From assembly GCA_000092065.1 (NCBI GenBank), contig CP000585.1: a stretch of DNA of 64,000 bases; one strand, 5' to 3'. Below are positions 10,020 through 20,058 of this stretch, in pieces; positions within the stretch are counted from its first letter, which is position 1; each line of letters opens with the position of its first letter. A program made the position numbers and the translations under genes. This DNA comes from Ostreococcus lucimarinus (Eukaryota). The notes under the pieces were generated by a model that did not search any database, had not been told where the DNA came from, and saw only the letters and a program-made list of their open reading frames with translations.

Positions 10020-11708
10020 ATGACGGCGCCGAGCGTGAGCAACGGCACGACGCGTTCGCTGATTTGGTTTCGCAAAGCGCTGCGCGTCCACGATAATCCC
10101 GCTCTCGCCGCGGGCATCGCGCGCGCGAAGAGCGCGCAACCGGTGTTCGTGCTCGATCCGTGGTTCTGTAAGCCCTCGCGGGTGGGGGCGAATCGCATGC
10201 GGTTCTTGTTGCAATCGCTGCGCGACTTGGACGCGACGCTGCGAGAACGCGGCAGTTCGCTGCTGGTGCTGCACGGCGAACCGCGAGTGGTGTTGCCGCG
10301 AGCGTGCAAGACGTGGAAGGTTGATTTGGTGACGTGGGAACACGATATCGAACCGTATGCGAAAATGAGAGACACCGCGGTGCGAGGCGCGCTGGAGCGC
10401 GCGGGAGTAGAGTGCGCGTCGTCGAGCGGACACACGCTGTACGACGTGGAGGAGATGTTGGCGAAGTGTCATGGGAAACCACCGACGACGTATTCGCAGT
10501 TTTTGAAGATTGTAGATAAAATGGGTGCACCTGCGGCCGCTTTGGATGCGCCGAAGGCGATGCCGGCGCCGTTCACGGGGACAGCAGAGGAGACGAAGGA
10601 ATTAGTCGCGGGAGTGGCGGATGCGTACGGGATCCCCACTTTGGAGGAGCTCGGTTACGAAGCCATGCATGACGACGAAGGTTTTCAAGCGATCGGAGGT
10701 GAAACCGAAGGCTTGAGACGTCTACGCAGACAACTGTCGCGCACGGAATGGGTGCACACGTTTCAAAAGCCAGATACAAATCCCACGACGCTTTTTCATG
10801 CCTTGGGCGCGAAAAAGCCAAAGCCAAAGAGTCCGTTCGAAATCGCAGCGCGAGACGCGGGAAGCAAAAATGACGCAACAAACACTGCAGCGAATAGTGA
10901 TATGCTGATGACACCGTCCACGACAGCGCTGAGTCCGTACATGAAATTCGGTTGCGTGTCGCCGCGAGTGTTTTATCACGAGCTCAACGCCGTGCTCGCA
11001 AAGTTTGAGGGCAAAGGTCAACCTTCGCAACCGCCGGTGAGTCTCATGGGACAACTGATGTGGCGCGAATTCTACTATCTCGTCGGCGCGGGGACGCCGA
11101 ATTTCGATAAGATGGAAGGAAATCCAATCTGCAGGCAAATTCCTTGGAACAAGGATCGTGAGCTCTTCGCGGCTTGGGAGAACGCGCAAACCGGGTTCCC
11201 TTGGATCGACGCCGCGATGACCCAGCTTCGCCTCGAGGGATGGATCCATCACTTGGCTCGACACGCCGTGGCGTGCTTCCTGACCCGTGGTGATCTATTC
11301 GTGCACTGGGAGTGGGGCAGAGACACGTTCGATCGCGACCTCGTCGACGCCGATTGGGCGCTGAACAACGGCAACTGGATGTGGCTCTCGTGTTCGTGTT
11401 TCTTTTACCAATATTTCCGAGTGTACGGTCCGCACTCGTTCGCGAAAAAGTACGACAAGGACGGCGCGTACGTCAAGCACTACCTCCCCGTGCTGAAGAA
11501 TATGCCCGCCAAGTACGTGTACGAACCTTGGCTCGCCCCTCTCGACGTGCAGAAGAAAGCCGGTTGCGTCGTCGGCGTCGATTATCCCGCTCCGATCGTC
11601 GACCACGCCACGGCGAGCAAGGCGTGCATAGATAAGATCGCCACCGCTTACGCCGCTCACAAGGACGCCACCGCGGTGGCTGGGAAGAAGCGTAAAGCCG
11701 GCGAATAA
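10020..11708 (+). CDS. Cryptochrome/photolyase family: (6-4) photolyase or animal-type cryptochrome
   Basis: N-terminal LIWFRKALRVHDNPAL (photolyase alpha/beta domain). C-terminal WLSCSCFFYQYFRVYGPHSFAKKYDKDGAYVKHYLPVLKNMPAKYVYEPWLAP matches the FAD-binding-domain consensus of (6-4) photolyases (WLSCSSFFQQFF..YCP....DPNGDYIRRYLP.L...PAKYIYDPW.AP). Confidence 0.9.
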   Translation: MTAPSVSNGTTRSLIWFRKALRVHDNPALAAGIARAKSAQPVFVLDPWFCKPSRVGANRMRFLLQSLRDLDATLRERGSSLLVLHGEPRVVLPRACKTWKVDLVTWEHDIEPYAKMRDTAVRGALERAGVECASSSGHTLYDVEEMLAKCHGKPPTTYSQFLKIVDKMGAPAAALDAPKAMPAPFTGTAEETKELVAGVADAYGIPTLEELGYEAMHDDEGFQAIGGETEGLRRLRRQLSRTEWVHTFQKPDTNPTTLFHALGAKKPKPKSPFEIAARDAGSKNDATNTAANSDMLMTPSTTALSPYMKFGCVSPRVFYHELNAVLAKFEGKGQPSQPPVSLMGQLMWREFYYLVGAGTPNFDKMEGNPICRQIPWNKDRELFAAWENAQTGFPWIDAAMTQLRLEGWIHHLARHAVACFLTRGDLFVHWEWGRDTFDRDLVDADWALNNGNWMWLSCSCFFYQYFRVYGPHSFAKKYDKDGAYVKHYLPVLKNMPAKYVYEPWLAPLDVQKKAGCVVGVDYPAPIVDHATASKACIDKIATAYAAHKDATAVAGKKRKAGE

Positions 11709-11795
11709 ACTCGTTGATTCGTTAATTTAAAAAGCCTCTCGCGCGCGGCGTCCACCACACTGCACAGGCGCCTCACAACGCGACGCGCGTTCGTC

Positions 11796-13418
11796 ATGTC
11801 GCTCGAGCGCGAGCGCTTGCTCGATCGCGCGACGTCGAACGCGGCCGCGTCGTCGCGCGATGACAGACGAACGCGCGCTGTTCGTCTCATCGCCACCGCT
11901 TCGTGCGTCGGCGTCGCGACGTACGCGCTCGCGCGCGCCAGCGGGATGATGTTCGCACCGTCGCTCGGTAACACCCAACGCGATTCGCGCTTCGGCGCAT
12001 CGTCCATCGACGCTACCGAGCGAACGGTGCGAGAGTATAAGGACGAATTGTCAATCCTCTCGTGGTCGCACGATCGCGGATTCGAGACGCACAGAGGATC
12101 GTGGAGGCAGGAGGCGCGAAGCGCCGACGCGAACGAGACGCCGGACGCGCCGGCGAAGGACGAGCGCGACGTGTCGAATCGTCAACGAGGGGCGGCAACG
12201 CTGATGGCGCAAACGATCGCAAAGTACATGCCTGGTCGATTATCGGAGACGTCGGCGCCGTTCGAGTTGTTGTACTCGACGTGGGACATGCCGTCGACGC
12301 CGTGCTTGGACGCCGAGTACGCGCAGAAGTTGTGCGAGTTTGATCGATGGGTACCTATATTTAACTTTGGGAGCTCGTTCAAGGATCAAACCGTGCTGCC
12401 GACAATGGTGCCAGCCACGCTCGGCGCGCTTCGTAGTTGTTTCATCGAGGGTTTGAATCCGCATTTAGGCTTTAGCGCGGACGACGAGCCACAGTGCGAC
12501 TTTTTACGCTTCCCGACGACAAAGTATTCCGAGCAAGGAAAGTGCGACGCCAAGCTCGCTCAGTGTCGGTATCACGGATTGTTTTCGCTCAATGCCGTGG
12601 ATGATAAGTCGATGTACGAGTGGGATAATCTCAAACCGCAGGTGGAATGGCGCGGGAGCGACTATTCGTTTCTCGCGCCCCGGGTACCGGGGCACAAGCC
12701 TGACGCGAATGAGTTTTTGAGCGAAATCGCGTCTTCAGCCAATGTTTCGCAGGCCTTACACGATATGGCGTTTTCCACCGATATTGGACCACGTCTCAGG
12801 GCGGTACTGTTTTCAAAGTTGTACCCCGAGCTCATCGACGCCAAGTTTTTCAACTGGAAAAATCAGTCGAGCGCGCGCGACAAGATGGCCGCCGAACTCG
12901 GTATTGACGCCACGGAACGCTTAACTGAAGAGGCGCTGGGCAAATACAAGTATCATCTCGACCTCGGCGGTGGTGGAGGGACGACGTGGAGCGGACTGAT
13001 TCCCAAACTCACCATGCCGGGCGTGCTGTTGCACCACGAGACGTCGATGAAGGATTCGTACTTTGACACTCTGAAGCCGTGGGTGCACTACGTGCCCGTC
13101 GCAGAAGACCTACACGACGTTTTTGAGAAGATTTCTTGGTGCGAAACGCACCCCGAGGAAGCACGAAATATCAGCGCCAACGCCAACGACTGGGTTCGCG
13201 ACTTCCGAGGCTTGAAATCGCTGCTTCGTCACAACTATCAAGCCCTGGCGATTCCCTTGGCGAAAACGCTCGATCCCTCTGGCGAGACGCTGCTAGACTT
13301 TGAAGCCGCGCACGTGGCCGCGCGCGCCGAGCGCCTGGCCGCGCGCGCCGCAAAACTCGCCATCAAAGCGTCCAGAGACGCCGCCAAAGCCGCGAAGGCC
13401 ACCAACGTTTCCGATTAA
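11796..13418 (+). CDS. GT90-family glycosyltransferase (CAP10 domain; Rumi/POGLUT1 protein O-glucosyltransferase-like), type-II membrane topology
   Basis: KYKYHLDLGGGGGTTWSGLIPKLTMPGVLLHHETSMKDSYFDTLKPWVHYVPVAEDLHD aligns with Rumi/POGLUT1 [30 protein letters not shown]...LKPWVHYIPVKTDLSN, and WRGSDYSFL lies upstream. The N-terminal TM segment is CVGVATYALARA. Confidence 0.8.
   Translation: MSLERERLLDRATSNAAASSRDDRRTRAVRLIATASCVGVATYALARASGMMFAPSLGNTQRDSRFGASSIDATERTVREYKDELSILSWSHDRGFETHRGSWRQEARSADANETPDAPAKDERDVSNRQRGAATLMAQTIAKYMPGRLSETSAPFELLYSTWDMPSTPCLDAEYAQKLCEFDRWVPIFNFGSSFKDQTVLPTMVPATLGALRSCFIEGLNPHLGFSADDEPQCDFLRFPTTKYSEQGKCDAKLAQCRYHGLFSLNAVDDKSMYEWDNLKPQVEWRGSDYSFLAPRVPGHKPDANEFLSEIASSANVSQALHDMAFSTDIGPRLRAVLFSKLYPELIDAKFFNWKNQSSARDKMAAELGIDATERLTEEALGKYKYHLDLGGGGGTTWSGLIPKLTMPGVLLHHETSMKDSYFDTLKPWVHYVPVAEDLHDVFEKISWCETHPEEARNISANANDWVRDFRGLKSLLRHNYQALAIPLAKTLDPSGETLLDFEAAHVAARAERLAARAAKLAIKASRDAAKAAKATNVSD
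12824..13117 (+). repeat. 294-nt tract 100 % identical to 14570..14863 in the tandem paralog (gene-conversion tract); a second 39-nt identical tract sits at 13170..13208 = 14916..14954
   Basis: Direct comparison of the two gene sequences. Identity begins at ccccgagctcatcgacgccaag and ends at gaagacctacacga, with flanks diverged on both sides (e.g. gtacc vs gcacc just upstream). The two identical tracts are separated by ~50 nt of unrelated sequence. Confidence 0.85.
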
Positions 13419-13529
13419 CCCCCGTTCCGCGCTGTATCAACAGTATCAACACCATCCGTCCACCAGCCGCGCGACGCTCCGTTTTCAAGCCTCCGCCATC
13501 GATCGCTCGACGCGCCACACGCGCGCGCG

Positions 13530-15209
13530 ATGCTCGGTCGCGCGCGCGATGACGTCGCCGAGCGCGCGGCACTCCTCGACGTCCCCGACGCCCCGTCGTC
13601 GTCGCGCGTCGCCGACGTCGACGTCGACGTCGACCGACGCGCGCGCGCGGGACACCAACACCCAAGCGCTTCGCCCGTGTTTCGCTCGCGAGTGCTCGGG
13701 TTCGCGTGCGCGTTCATCCTCGTCGCGTGCGCGTCGCGCGTGGGAAACGTTCCCCTGAGACTGCGACCGCCGATCGAGAAGCGCACGGCGCGCACGGTGA
13801 AAGAGTACGGACACGAGGGGGAGTTGCACTTGCTGCGCTGGACGTCGGCGGGTGGATTCGAAGCCGTCGAGTTGGGTCAGTCGACGGATGGCGTCAAGCA
13901 GCGCGCGGTGGAGGCGGTGAAGGTGATGATTGAAACGATAAAGAGGTATTACCCGCATCGGCTCGAGGATGGGCGGAATCCGTTCGAGTTGCTTTTCGAA
14001 GTATCGGACAAGCCGTCGACGCATTGCGTGTCCGCGCAGGCGAAGTGCGCGACGAGAGCGTGGGCACCGATATATGCGTTCGGTAGCGTGCCGAAAAACG
14101 TCGAGCACGTGTTACCGACGATGATTCACGCGCCCTTGGTTCCGCTCGCGTCTTGTTACACTGAGAACATCGCGACGTACAACGTGTCCATGAGTGGGCT
14201 TGACGCTGAGACGACGTCGTGCCCGTTTCTGAATTACCCGACGAAAAAGTATAGCGAGTTGGCCAAGTGTGATCCGGACGGCGATGTGAGCGGACAAGCT
14301 GCGTGTACGCCATACGCCCACGGATTATTTTCGCTCGACGCCGTGGAGGACAAGTCGTTGTACGAATGGAACTCGTTGGTTAACAAAGTCTTTTGGAGAG
14401 GGAGCGATTACGCGTTCTTGACGCCGTCGTACCCGGATTTTGCCTCGACGTCCGAAAACTTTTTGCCATGGTTGATGGAAGAGGCGAACAAAATGAAAGC
14501 GATGAAGATGTTGTTGCGAAATAGTGACGTCGGTCCGCGCTTTAGGGCGGTTCTGATGTCGAAGTTGCACCCCGAGCTCATCGACGCCAAGTTTTTCAAC
14601 TGGAAAAATCAGTCGAGCGCGCGCGACAAGATGGCCGCCGAACTCGGTATTGACGCCACGGAACGCTTAACTGAAGAGGCGCTGGGCAAATACAAGTATC
14701 ATCTCGACCTCGGCGGTGGTGGAGGGACGACGTGGAGCGGACTGATTCCCAAACTCACCATGCCGGGCGTGCTGTTGCACCACGAGACGTCGATGAAGGA
14801 TTCGTACTTTGACACTCTGAAGCCGTGGGTGCACTACGTGCCCGTCGCAGAAGACCTACACGATCTTGCTGAACGCGTGCGATGGCTCGAAACCCATCCG
14901 ACCGCGGCGCAGCGCATCAGCGCCAACGCCAACGACTGGGTTCGCGACTTCCGACGCCTGCGATCGCTCTTGGCGTACAACTATCGCCTTCTCGCAGTTC
15001 CGCTGTCGCTCTCCCTCGACGCCAAGCCGTTACCGTTATTTGCACCCTCCGCGAGCGTCCAAGCGACGAAATCCGAAGCCGAAGCCATCGACGCTGACCT
15101 CGCGTCGCCGCAACATCGCGCCGCCGTCGCCGCCGCCGGCGCGTCTCGCCGCCGTCGCGCGTCGGCTCGCCCCGCGGCGCGCGACACCCCCCGCGCGCCG
15201 TCGCTCTAG
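13530..15209 (+). CDS. GT90-family glycosyltransferase, tandem paralog of 11796..13418
   Basis: Same domain order as the upstream gene: TM helix VLGFACAFILVACA, a conserved PFELL...DKPSTHC block, WRGSDYAFL, and a C-terminal block identical at nucleotide level to the upstream paralog (see the repeat feature). It ends in an A/R-rich tail. Confidence 0.8.
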   Translation: MLGRARDDVAERAALLDVPDAPSSSRVADVDVDVDRRARAGHQHPSASPVFRSRVLGFACAFILVACASRVGNVPLRLRPPIEKRTARTVKEYGHEGELHLLRWTSAGGFEAVELGQSTDGVKQRAVEAVKVMIETIKRYYPHRLEDGRNPFELLFEVSDKPSTHCVSAQAKCATRAWAPIYAFGSVPKNVEHVLPTMIHAPLVPLASCYTENIATYNVSMSGLDAETTSCPFLNYPTKKYSELAKCDPDGDVSGQAACTPYAHGLFSLDAVEDKSLYEWNSLVNKVFWRGSDYAFLTPSYPDFASTSENFLPWLMEEANKMKAMKMLLRNSDVGPRFRAVLMSKLHPELIDAKFFNWKNQSSARDKMAAELGIDATERLTEEALGKYKYHLDLGGGGGTTWSGLIPKLTMPGVLLHHETSMKDSYFDTLKPWVHYVPVAEDLHDLAERVRWLETHPTAAQRISANANDWVRDFRRLRSLLAYNYRLLAVPLSLSLDAKPLPLFAPSASVQATKSEAEAIDADLASPQHRAAVAAAGASRRRRASARPAARDTPRAPSL

Positions 15210-15422
15210 TCCTAGAACACCGTCCGTTAGTTTATCACGCACCACTTCGTTCATCGCGCGCGTCGCTTTCGCGCCCGCTCGCGGCCGTCTCCTTCTTCTC
15301 TCCTCTCCTCTCTTCGCGCGTCCGCGGCGGCTCGCGGTCCCGGTCCTTCTCAAGATGTCCCGCCCGATCGACGCCCACTTCGATCGGCATCGCGCGACGC
15401 GCGCGTGGACGTTGGACGCGCG

Positions 15423-16541
15423 ATGCGACGCCGCGCGCGCGAGTCGACGCGCGGTGCGTTCGCGTGCGTTCTGTTCGCGCTGCTCGCCGCGGTGTGCGCG
15501 CGCGCGAGCGATTACTACGCCGCGCTCGGCGTGTCGCGCGGCGCGGAGGAGTCCCAGATCAAGCGCGCGTACCGAAAGCTCGCGCTGAAGTACCACCCGG
15601 ATAAGAACCCGAACGACGAGCGCGCGAAGAAAAAGTTCACGGAAATCTCGCAGGCGTACGAGGTGCTGAGCGATAAGGAGAAGCGGTCGATATACGATCG
15701 GTACGGCGAGGACGGGGTGAAGCAACACGAACAGAGCGGCGGACGAGGCGGCGGCGGGGCGCAAGATATCTTTAGTCAGTTCTTCGGCGGCGGTGGACCG
15801 TTCGGAGGATTCGGGGGATTCGGAGGAGAACAGGAAGAACCGGAAACGCCGAAAGGGACGACGATTAAGGTTGATTTGGGGATGACGGTGAAGGAAATTT
15901 ATCTCGGGGCGACGGCGCCGGTGACGCGGGAAAAGTTGGTGACGAAGAGCGCGAGAGGGACGAGGAAGTGTAACTGCCGACAGAAGCTCGTGACGCGACA
16001 AGTCGGACCGGGGATGTATCAGCAGTACACCGAGCAAACGTGCGAGGATTGCCCGAACGTTAAATTGGTGCGCGAGCGCGCGGATCTAAAAGTCGAGGTC
16101 GATGCGGGCGCCCCCGTCGGGCACGAAATTCTATTTTTTGAAGAAGGCGACGCGATGATCGATGGCGACCCCGGAGATTTGCTCTTCGTCGTGCAAACTT
16201 TGGAGGATAAAGAGAACAGGATCACGCGCGTCGGTAAGAGCGATTTGCACATGACGTACGAAATTACCCTCGTCGAGGCGCTCAACGGATTTTCTAAAAT
16301 CTTCAAGCACTACGACGGCCACGACGTCGTCATCGCTCGAACCGGGGTGACGGTACCTTTCGACAAAATGACGCTCAAGGGCGAAGGCTTGCCGAAGCAC
16401 AATCAATTCAAAAAGTTCGGTGACATGTTCATCACGTTTCAAGTCCAGTTCCCGGCGTCGTTGGACCAGAAGCAACGCGACGTCGTCTCGAAGACGTTCG
16501 CCTCGTCGAAATTTGTCGAGGTCGGCAAAGTGGTCGTATAA
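15423..16541 (+). CDS. DnaJ/Hsp40 co-chaperone, ER-lumenal ERdj3/DNAJB11-like (signal peptide + J domain + G/F region + Cys-containing substrate-binding domain)
   Basis: The track start at 15405 is GTG; the ATG is at 15423. Predicted signal peptide [17 protein letters not shown], then [55 protein letters not shown] (J domain with HPD), GGFGGFGG, and a CxC...C...CxxC cluster. Confidence 0.85.
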   Translation: MRRRARESTRGAFACVLFALLAAVCARASDYYAALGVSRGAEESQIKRAYRKLALKYHPDKNPNDERAKKKFTEISQAYEVLSDKEKRSIYDRYGEDGVKQHEQSGGRGGGGAQDIFSQFFGGGGPFGGFGGFGGEQEEPETPKGTTIKVDLGMTVKEIYLGATAPVTREKLVTKSARGTRKCNCRQKLVTRQVGPGMYQQYTEQTCEDCPNVKLVRERADLKVEVDAGAPVGHEILFFEEGDAMIDGDPGDLLFVVQTLEDKENRITRVGKSDLHMTYEITLVEALNGFSKIFKHYDGHDVVIARTGVTVPFDKMTLKGEGLPKHNQFKKFGDMFITFQVQFPASLDQKQRDVVSKTFASSKFVEVGKVVV

Positions 16542-16681
16542 ATCAATTACAACGTTGCGATGGTATATTTCACCAATAACCTATCGATTCTTGGATGATG
16601 TTAAACGTTCTTATTATTTGTTCTTCACCGTCTCGCGCGCTTGAAACGTTGTGTCGCGATTTCACGTCGGGAGTCGCGCTT

Positions 16682-17356
16682 TTACTTGAGCAGCAAATCC
16701 AGTTCGATTCGCGAAAAATCGACAGTCGCCGGCGACGTTTCGAGCTTCTTCCCCTTTCTACCGCCCATCGTCGTCGAACCGAGGATCAAGCTCGCCTCGA
16801 CGTTGGCCGTGAAGGCGGTCTTGTCGCCGTCGTGCAGCTCGAGATTCCTCTTCACGCAAAAGCCGTTTTGCATCGCCGGAGACGTCACGCCATTCGTCGT
16901 CAAAAACTGAAACCCGACGTACGGTTCGTGATCCTTGTAATCGAAGTTCCCGCTCACCTTCAGCTGCACCGCGTCCAAATCGAACGTCTTCTCGTAAAAC
17001 ACCGTGTGCTTGCGCGTGTCGAGATTAATGTCTCCGTTGAACCACGAATCCGTCACCTTCCACTGCAGGTTGGGCTTGTAATTGAAGACCTCCTTCCCGA
17101 ACGCCTCGCCATCGTTCGCCGCCTGCAGCGGCACGTCCGTCCCCGCCGTGACGACCACGTCCGGCGCGATCGGTATCCGCAATCGAAACTGCTTTCGAAT
17201 CCGCAGCAGCACCTCGGGCGCGCTTCCAAACTTGACGTACTTTTGCAGCGAATCGAGCCCGCTCTCCACCTTTCCCGTCAAGTCTTCCAGCGTGTCGACC
17301 GCGGCGTCGCGCGCGTCTTCCACGTGCTCGTTCCACGATTGTTGTTTTCGGTTCAT
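16682..17356 (-). CDS. Hypothetical protein with alternating-polarity (beta-strand-like) pattern; possibly an organellar outer-membrane beta-barrel (OEP21/24-like)
   Basis: An ATG at 17356 opens a 224-aa ORF of diverse composition, containing LRIPIAPDVVVTAGTDVPLQAANDGEAFGKEVFNYKPNLQWKVTDSWFNGDINLDTRKHTVFYEKTFDLDAVQLKVSGNFDYKD. There is no hydrophobic helix. The OEP-like assignment is a guess from sequence style only. Confidence 0.5.
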   Translation of the reverse strand: MNRKQQSWNEHVEDARDAAVDTLEDLTGKVESGLDSLQKYVKFGSAPEVLLRIRKQFRLRIPIAPDVVVTAGTDVPLQAANDGEAFGKEVFNYKPNLQWKVTDSWFNGDINLDTRKHTVFYEKTFDLDAVQLKVSGNFDYKDHEPYVGFQFLTTNGVTSPAMQNGFCVKRNLELHDGDKTAFTANVEASLILGSTTMGGRKGKKLETSPATVDFSRIELDLLLK

Positions 17357-17548
17357 CGTCGCCGCGCTCGAGCGTCTCGCGCCTCGCGCCTCGCGTCGGG
17401 GCGTCGGGGCGTCTCGGAATCCGGTCGCGCGACCGGACGTCGACCGCGACCGCCCGGACGAGTCGCGAACGGTCGACGCGACCCGCAGACGGCGACGGCG
17501 ACCCGCGGACGGCGACGGGCGCGATGGACGATAGAAAAAGTGCGCGCG

Positions 17549-18055
17549 ATGACGAGCGATGATGGCGACGACGCGACGACGCGACGCGCGCGAGGGAACG
17601 ACGCGACGACGCGAGGACTGACGGCGACGACGACGGGACGAATTGCATCGTTTGTAGAAATCGGTATCGGGTTGACGAGCTTTGGATGCGGATTCACCGC
17701 GCTCGGGGTGGTGTTTTTCTTCGACCGAGGGTTGTTAGCGATGGGGAATCTGATGTTCCTGTCGGGGGTCACGCTCACGATCGGGCCGAAGCAGACGGTG
17801 AAGTTTTTCGTGAGGCCGAGGAACCAACGCGGGGCGTTTTGTTTTCTCTTCGGGCTGGCGTTGGTGCTGTACGGGTGGCCGTTTATCGGGTTATTGGTGG
17901 AAGGGTACGGGTTTGTGGCGCTGTTTAGTGCGTTCTTCCCGACGGTTTTGATATTTTTAAAGAGGGTTCCGGTGTTGGGGTCGTTTCTGTCGCTTCCGGG
18001 CGTGAAACACGTGACGACGAGCATCATAGGAAAATCGCAAACGCTGCCGGTGTGA
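17549..18055 (+). CDS. Got1/SFT2-like vesicle transport protein (Golgi transport 1)
   Basis: GVVFFFDRGLLAMGNLMFLSGVTLTIGPKQTVKFFVRPRNQRGAFCFLFGLALVLYGWPFIGLLVEGYGFVALFSAFFPTVLIFLKRVPVLG matches GOT1B almost motif-for-motif (FDRGLLAMGNLLFLAG..IGPKKT..FF......G...FF.G..LVL.GWP..G...E.YGF..LF..FFP....FL...P.LG). It occupies only the 3' third of the long track ORF 16595..18055, whose upstream part is antisense to the neighbouring gene. Confidence 0.8.
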   Translation: MTSDDGDDATTRRARGNDATTRGLTATTTGRIASFVEIGIGLTSFGCGFTALGVVFFFDRGLLAMGNLMFLSGVTLTIGPKQTVKFFVRPRNQRGAFCFLFGLALVLYGWPFIGLLVEGYGFVALFSAFFPTVLIFLKRVPVLGSFLSLPGVKHVTTSIIGKSQTLPV

Positions 18056-18198
18056 TCGCGTTCGCGGGGCGAAGGCGGAACTACCTAGAATAATAAGAAT
18101 CATTGTTGTGAATGGATGAATGTCATAGGGCGTATCTATATCTAGCGTTGTGTCGGCGTTGTCGTGTGTGTGTGCACGCGTGCGCGCGCTCGCGCGAT

Positions 18199-20058
18199 TT
18201 ACGCGCAGGCGGATGAATCCGCCGTGACGGTGTCGAACGCGGCTTCGTCGTCTTGCGCAGCTAATCGTTCCAGCGCTTCGATCGCGCTCGTACCGAAACC
18301 TTTCGGTTCACGGCTGGAGACGGAATCAACCACGAAGTCAAGCGTCACGATAGCCACTGCCGGTGTCGGCAAGCGCTTCGCGAACGGAACGTAAACGTCG
18401 GCGTACGGCGCTCGATGCGCGGACTTGTTGGGAGCCATATCGACGACGACGACGACGGGAGAGTTCCTCGGGGACGAGGGCGACAATGAATCGCCGATGT
18501 CTTCGATTCGCGTCACCACGGCGCCATCGGCTCGAGCGAATTGCATGTTCATCTCGAGCTGATTCGAGTCGCGAAATTTGCCGAGATAGACGAAGTGCCA
18601 GGTCGAGAAAACTTTTGCGCCACCGTTCTCTCGCGCTCGTTTCGGTCCACCGAGATTTCCGCACGAGTCGCCTTGGATCTCGAACGCATCTTCATCCACG
18701 CAGCGTTGCTGTTCCAAACACGATTTCACCCACGCGCTGCTCAAGATCCAGCACCCTTGGATGAGCGCTTCGTAAAATTTGGCGCTCTTCTTTCGTAAAA
18801 CCATGCTTCCGGAATCAACCTTGCCTTTGCCGAAGACGACGTGCGTCGTTTGAGGCGAAAACATCGACTCATAGACGAAGTCAAACTGCTTGCAGAACTT
18901 TTCCAATTCCTTCTTTTCGGCGTCAGACAAGAGAGAGCCGCACACGCGAGTCTCGCGCGTCGTCTTGAGAAGTTCGTAGCTGGAATCCGAAGGATCGATG
19001 GAAACGAGCGACTTTTGACGCTTTGTCGCAGACTTGCCGTTCGTCGGCGCTTGTGCGCGCTTCAAACTGGGCGCTCTCGTAGCCGGTCGCTGCGCGGGCA
19101 GAAGCGCGAGAGGAAGAGTCGAGTGCGCCGGGCACGAAATTGAAAAGTGCTCGCCGTCGTACGTCGTTCCCTGAACCAGTCGCGCGCACCAAATATGATA
19201 CGATTTCTTGCATCTCGATTCGCTGCACCCCGACGGAGCACCCACTTTCTTGCAGTAGGCACACTTCAGACTTTTCGCTCTCCGGACCTCCGCGCAAACG
19301 TTCGTCAAGCCTCCGTCGACTGAGCTCACGACGAGCGGCGCCCAAAGCGCGCACGTCGTGTGACAGTGTTCCACGACCGTTTTCCTCGAAATCTTCTCCT
19401 CGAAACGTTCGACGCTTTCCCCAACCTCGCTCCCACGCTTGCAAAACGCGCACGGATGGCGACCCTGGACGGCAGCGTTCGGATCGATCACCGCTCCCGT
19501 CCACGGCGCGCGCGTCTCCCTCTCCACCGTCTCCTCCGTCGCCGTCGACGCTTCTTCTAATTCCCCCACCAACTCCTCAAACGCCCCGTTCCCACGTCGC
19601 CCACCTCCGTTTTCATCTCCAAACGCATGCGGTAGCGTTGGAAGCTTTCGCATGTTCGCCATGATCTCCTTCAACTGCGACACGCTCGTTCTTCGCTGCG
19701 GCGCTCGCGCGTTGTGCTTCCTCAGCTGCGTCGCCGGAATCTGTGACCCATACGGCACTTCCGTCTCCATCACCGACGCCACCGCCGCCAAAACGTTCGT
19801 ATACGCGCTCACAATCTTCTCAAACCGCTCATCCTTCCGCGACTCTCGCTTCGTGCACGGCGCTCTGCACGTCGGGCACGGCTGTTTCCTATCGAACAAC
19901 GTCTTCGCGCACGCCGCGCAAAAATAATGCGAGCACGCCAGCTTCGTCGGCTTTTTCGGCAGGCTCAGGCACACCGCGCAGCACAAGTGTTGTCCGAGCG
20001 CGTCCAGCGACGTCGTCAGCGTCGTTTTCGCCGTCTCCAGGCACGCGTCCAGCGTCAT
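18199..20058 (-). CDS. BRCA1/BARD1-like protein: N-terminal C3HC4 RING, extended PHD-like Cys/His module, C-terminal tandem BRCT
   Basis: RING: CCAVCLSLPKKPTKLACSHYFCAACAKTLFDRKQPCPTCRAPC. Middle: CAFCKRG...HTTCALWAP...CAYCKKVGAPSGC...CKKSYHIWCARL...SCPAHS (ePHD, as in plant BRCA1/BARD1). C-terminus: THVVFGKGKVDSGSMVLRKKSAKFYEALIQGCWILSSAWVKSC...WHFVYLGKF (BRCT repeats). Confidence 0.85.
   Translation of the reverse strand: MTLDACLETAKTTLTTSLDALGQHLCCAVCLSLPKKPTKLACSHYFCAACAKTLFDRKQPCPTCRAPCTKRESRKDERFEKIVSAYTNVLAAVASVMETEVPYGSQIPATQLRKHNARAPQRRTSVSQLKEIMANMRKLPTLPHAFGDENGGGRRGNGAFEELVGELEEASTATEETVERETRAPWTGAVIDPNAAVQGRHPCAFCKRGSEVGESVERFEEKISRKTVVEHCHTTCALWAPLVVSSVDGGLTNVCAEVRRAKSLKCAYCKKVGAPSGCSESRCKKSYHIWCARLVQGTTYDGEHFSISCPAHSTLPLALLPAQRPATRAPSLKRAQAPTNGKSATKRQKSLVSIDPSDSSYELLKTTRETRVCGSLLSDAEKKELEKFCKQFDFVYESMFSPQTTHVVFGKGKVDSGSMVLRKKSAKFYEALIQGCWILSSAWVKSCLEQQRCVDEDAFEIQGDSCGNLGGPKRARENGGAKVFSTWHFVYLGKFRDSNQLEMNMQFARADGAVVTRIEDIGDSLSPSSPRNSPVVVVVDMAPNKSAHRAPYADVYVPFAKRLPTPAVAIVTLDFVVDSVSSREPKGFGTSAIEALERLAAQDDEAAFDTVTADSSACA

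Noticed and set aside
15036-16037. 333-aa minus-strand ORF
   Set aside because: Antisense of the DnaJ/ERdj3-like gene; R/L-rich.
16595-18055. 486-aa plus-strand ORF
   Set aside because: The first about 950 nt are the antisense of the 16682..17356 gene (R/H/L-rich nonsense). Only the last 507 nt (Got1) are protein-like, and a proper ATG exists at 17549.
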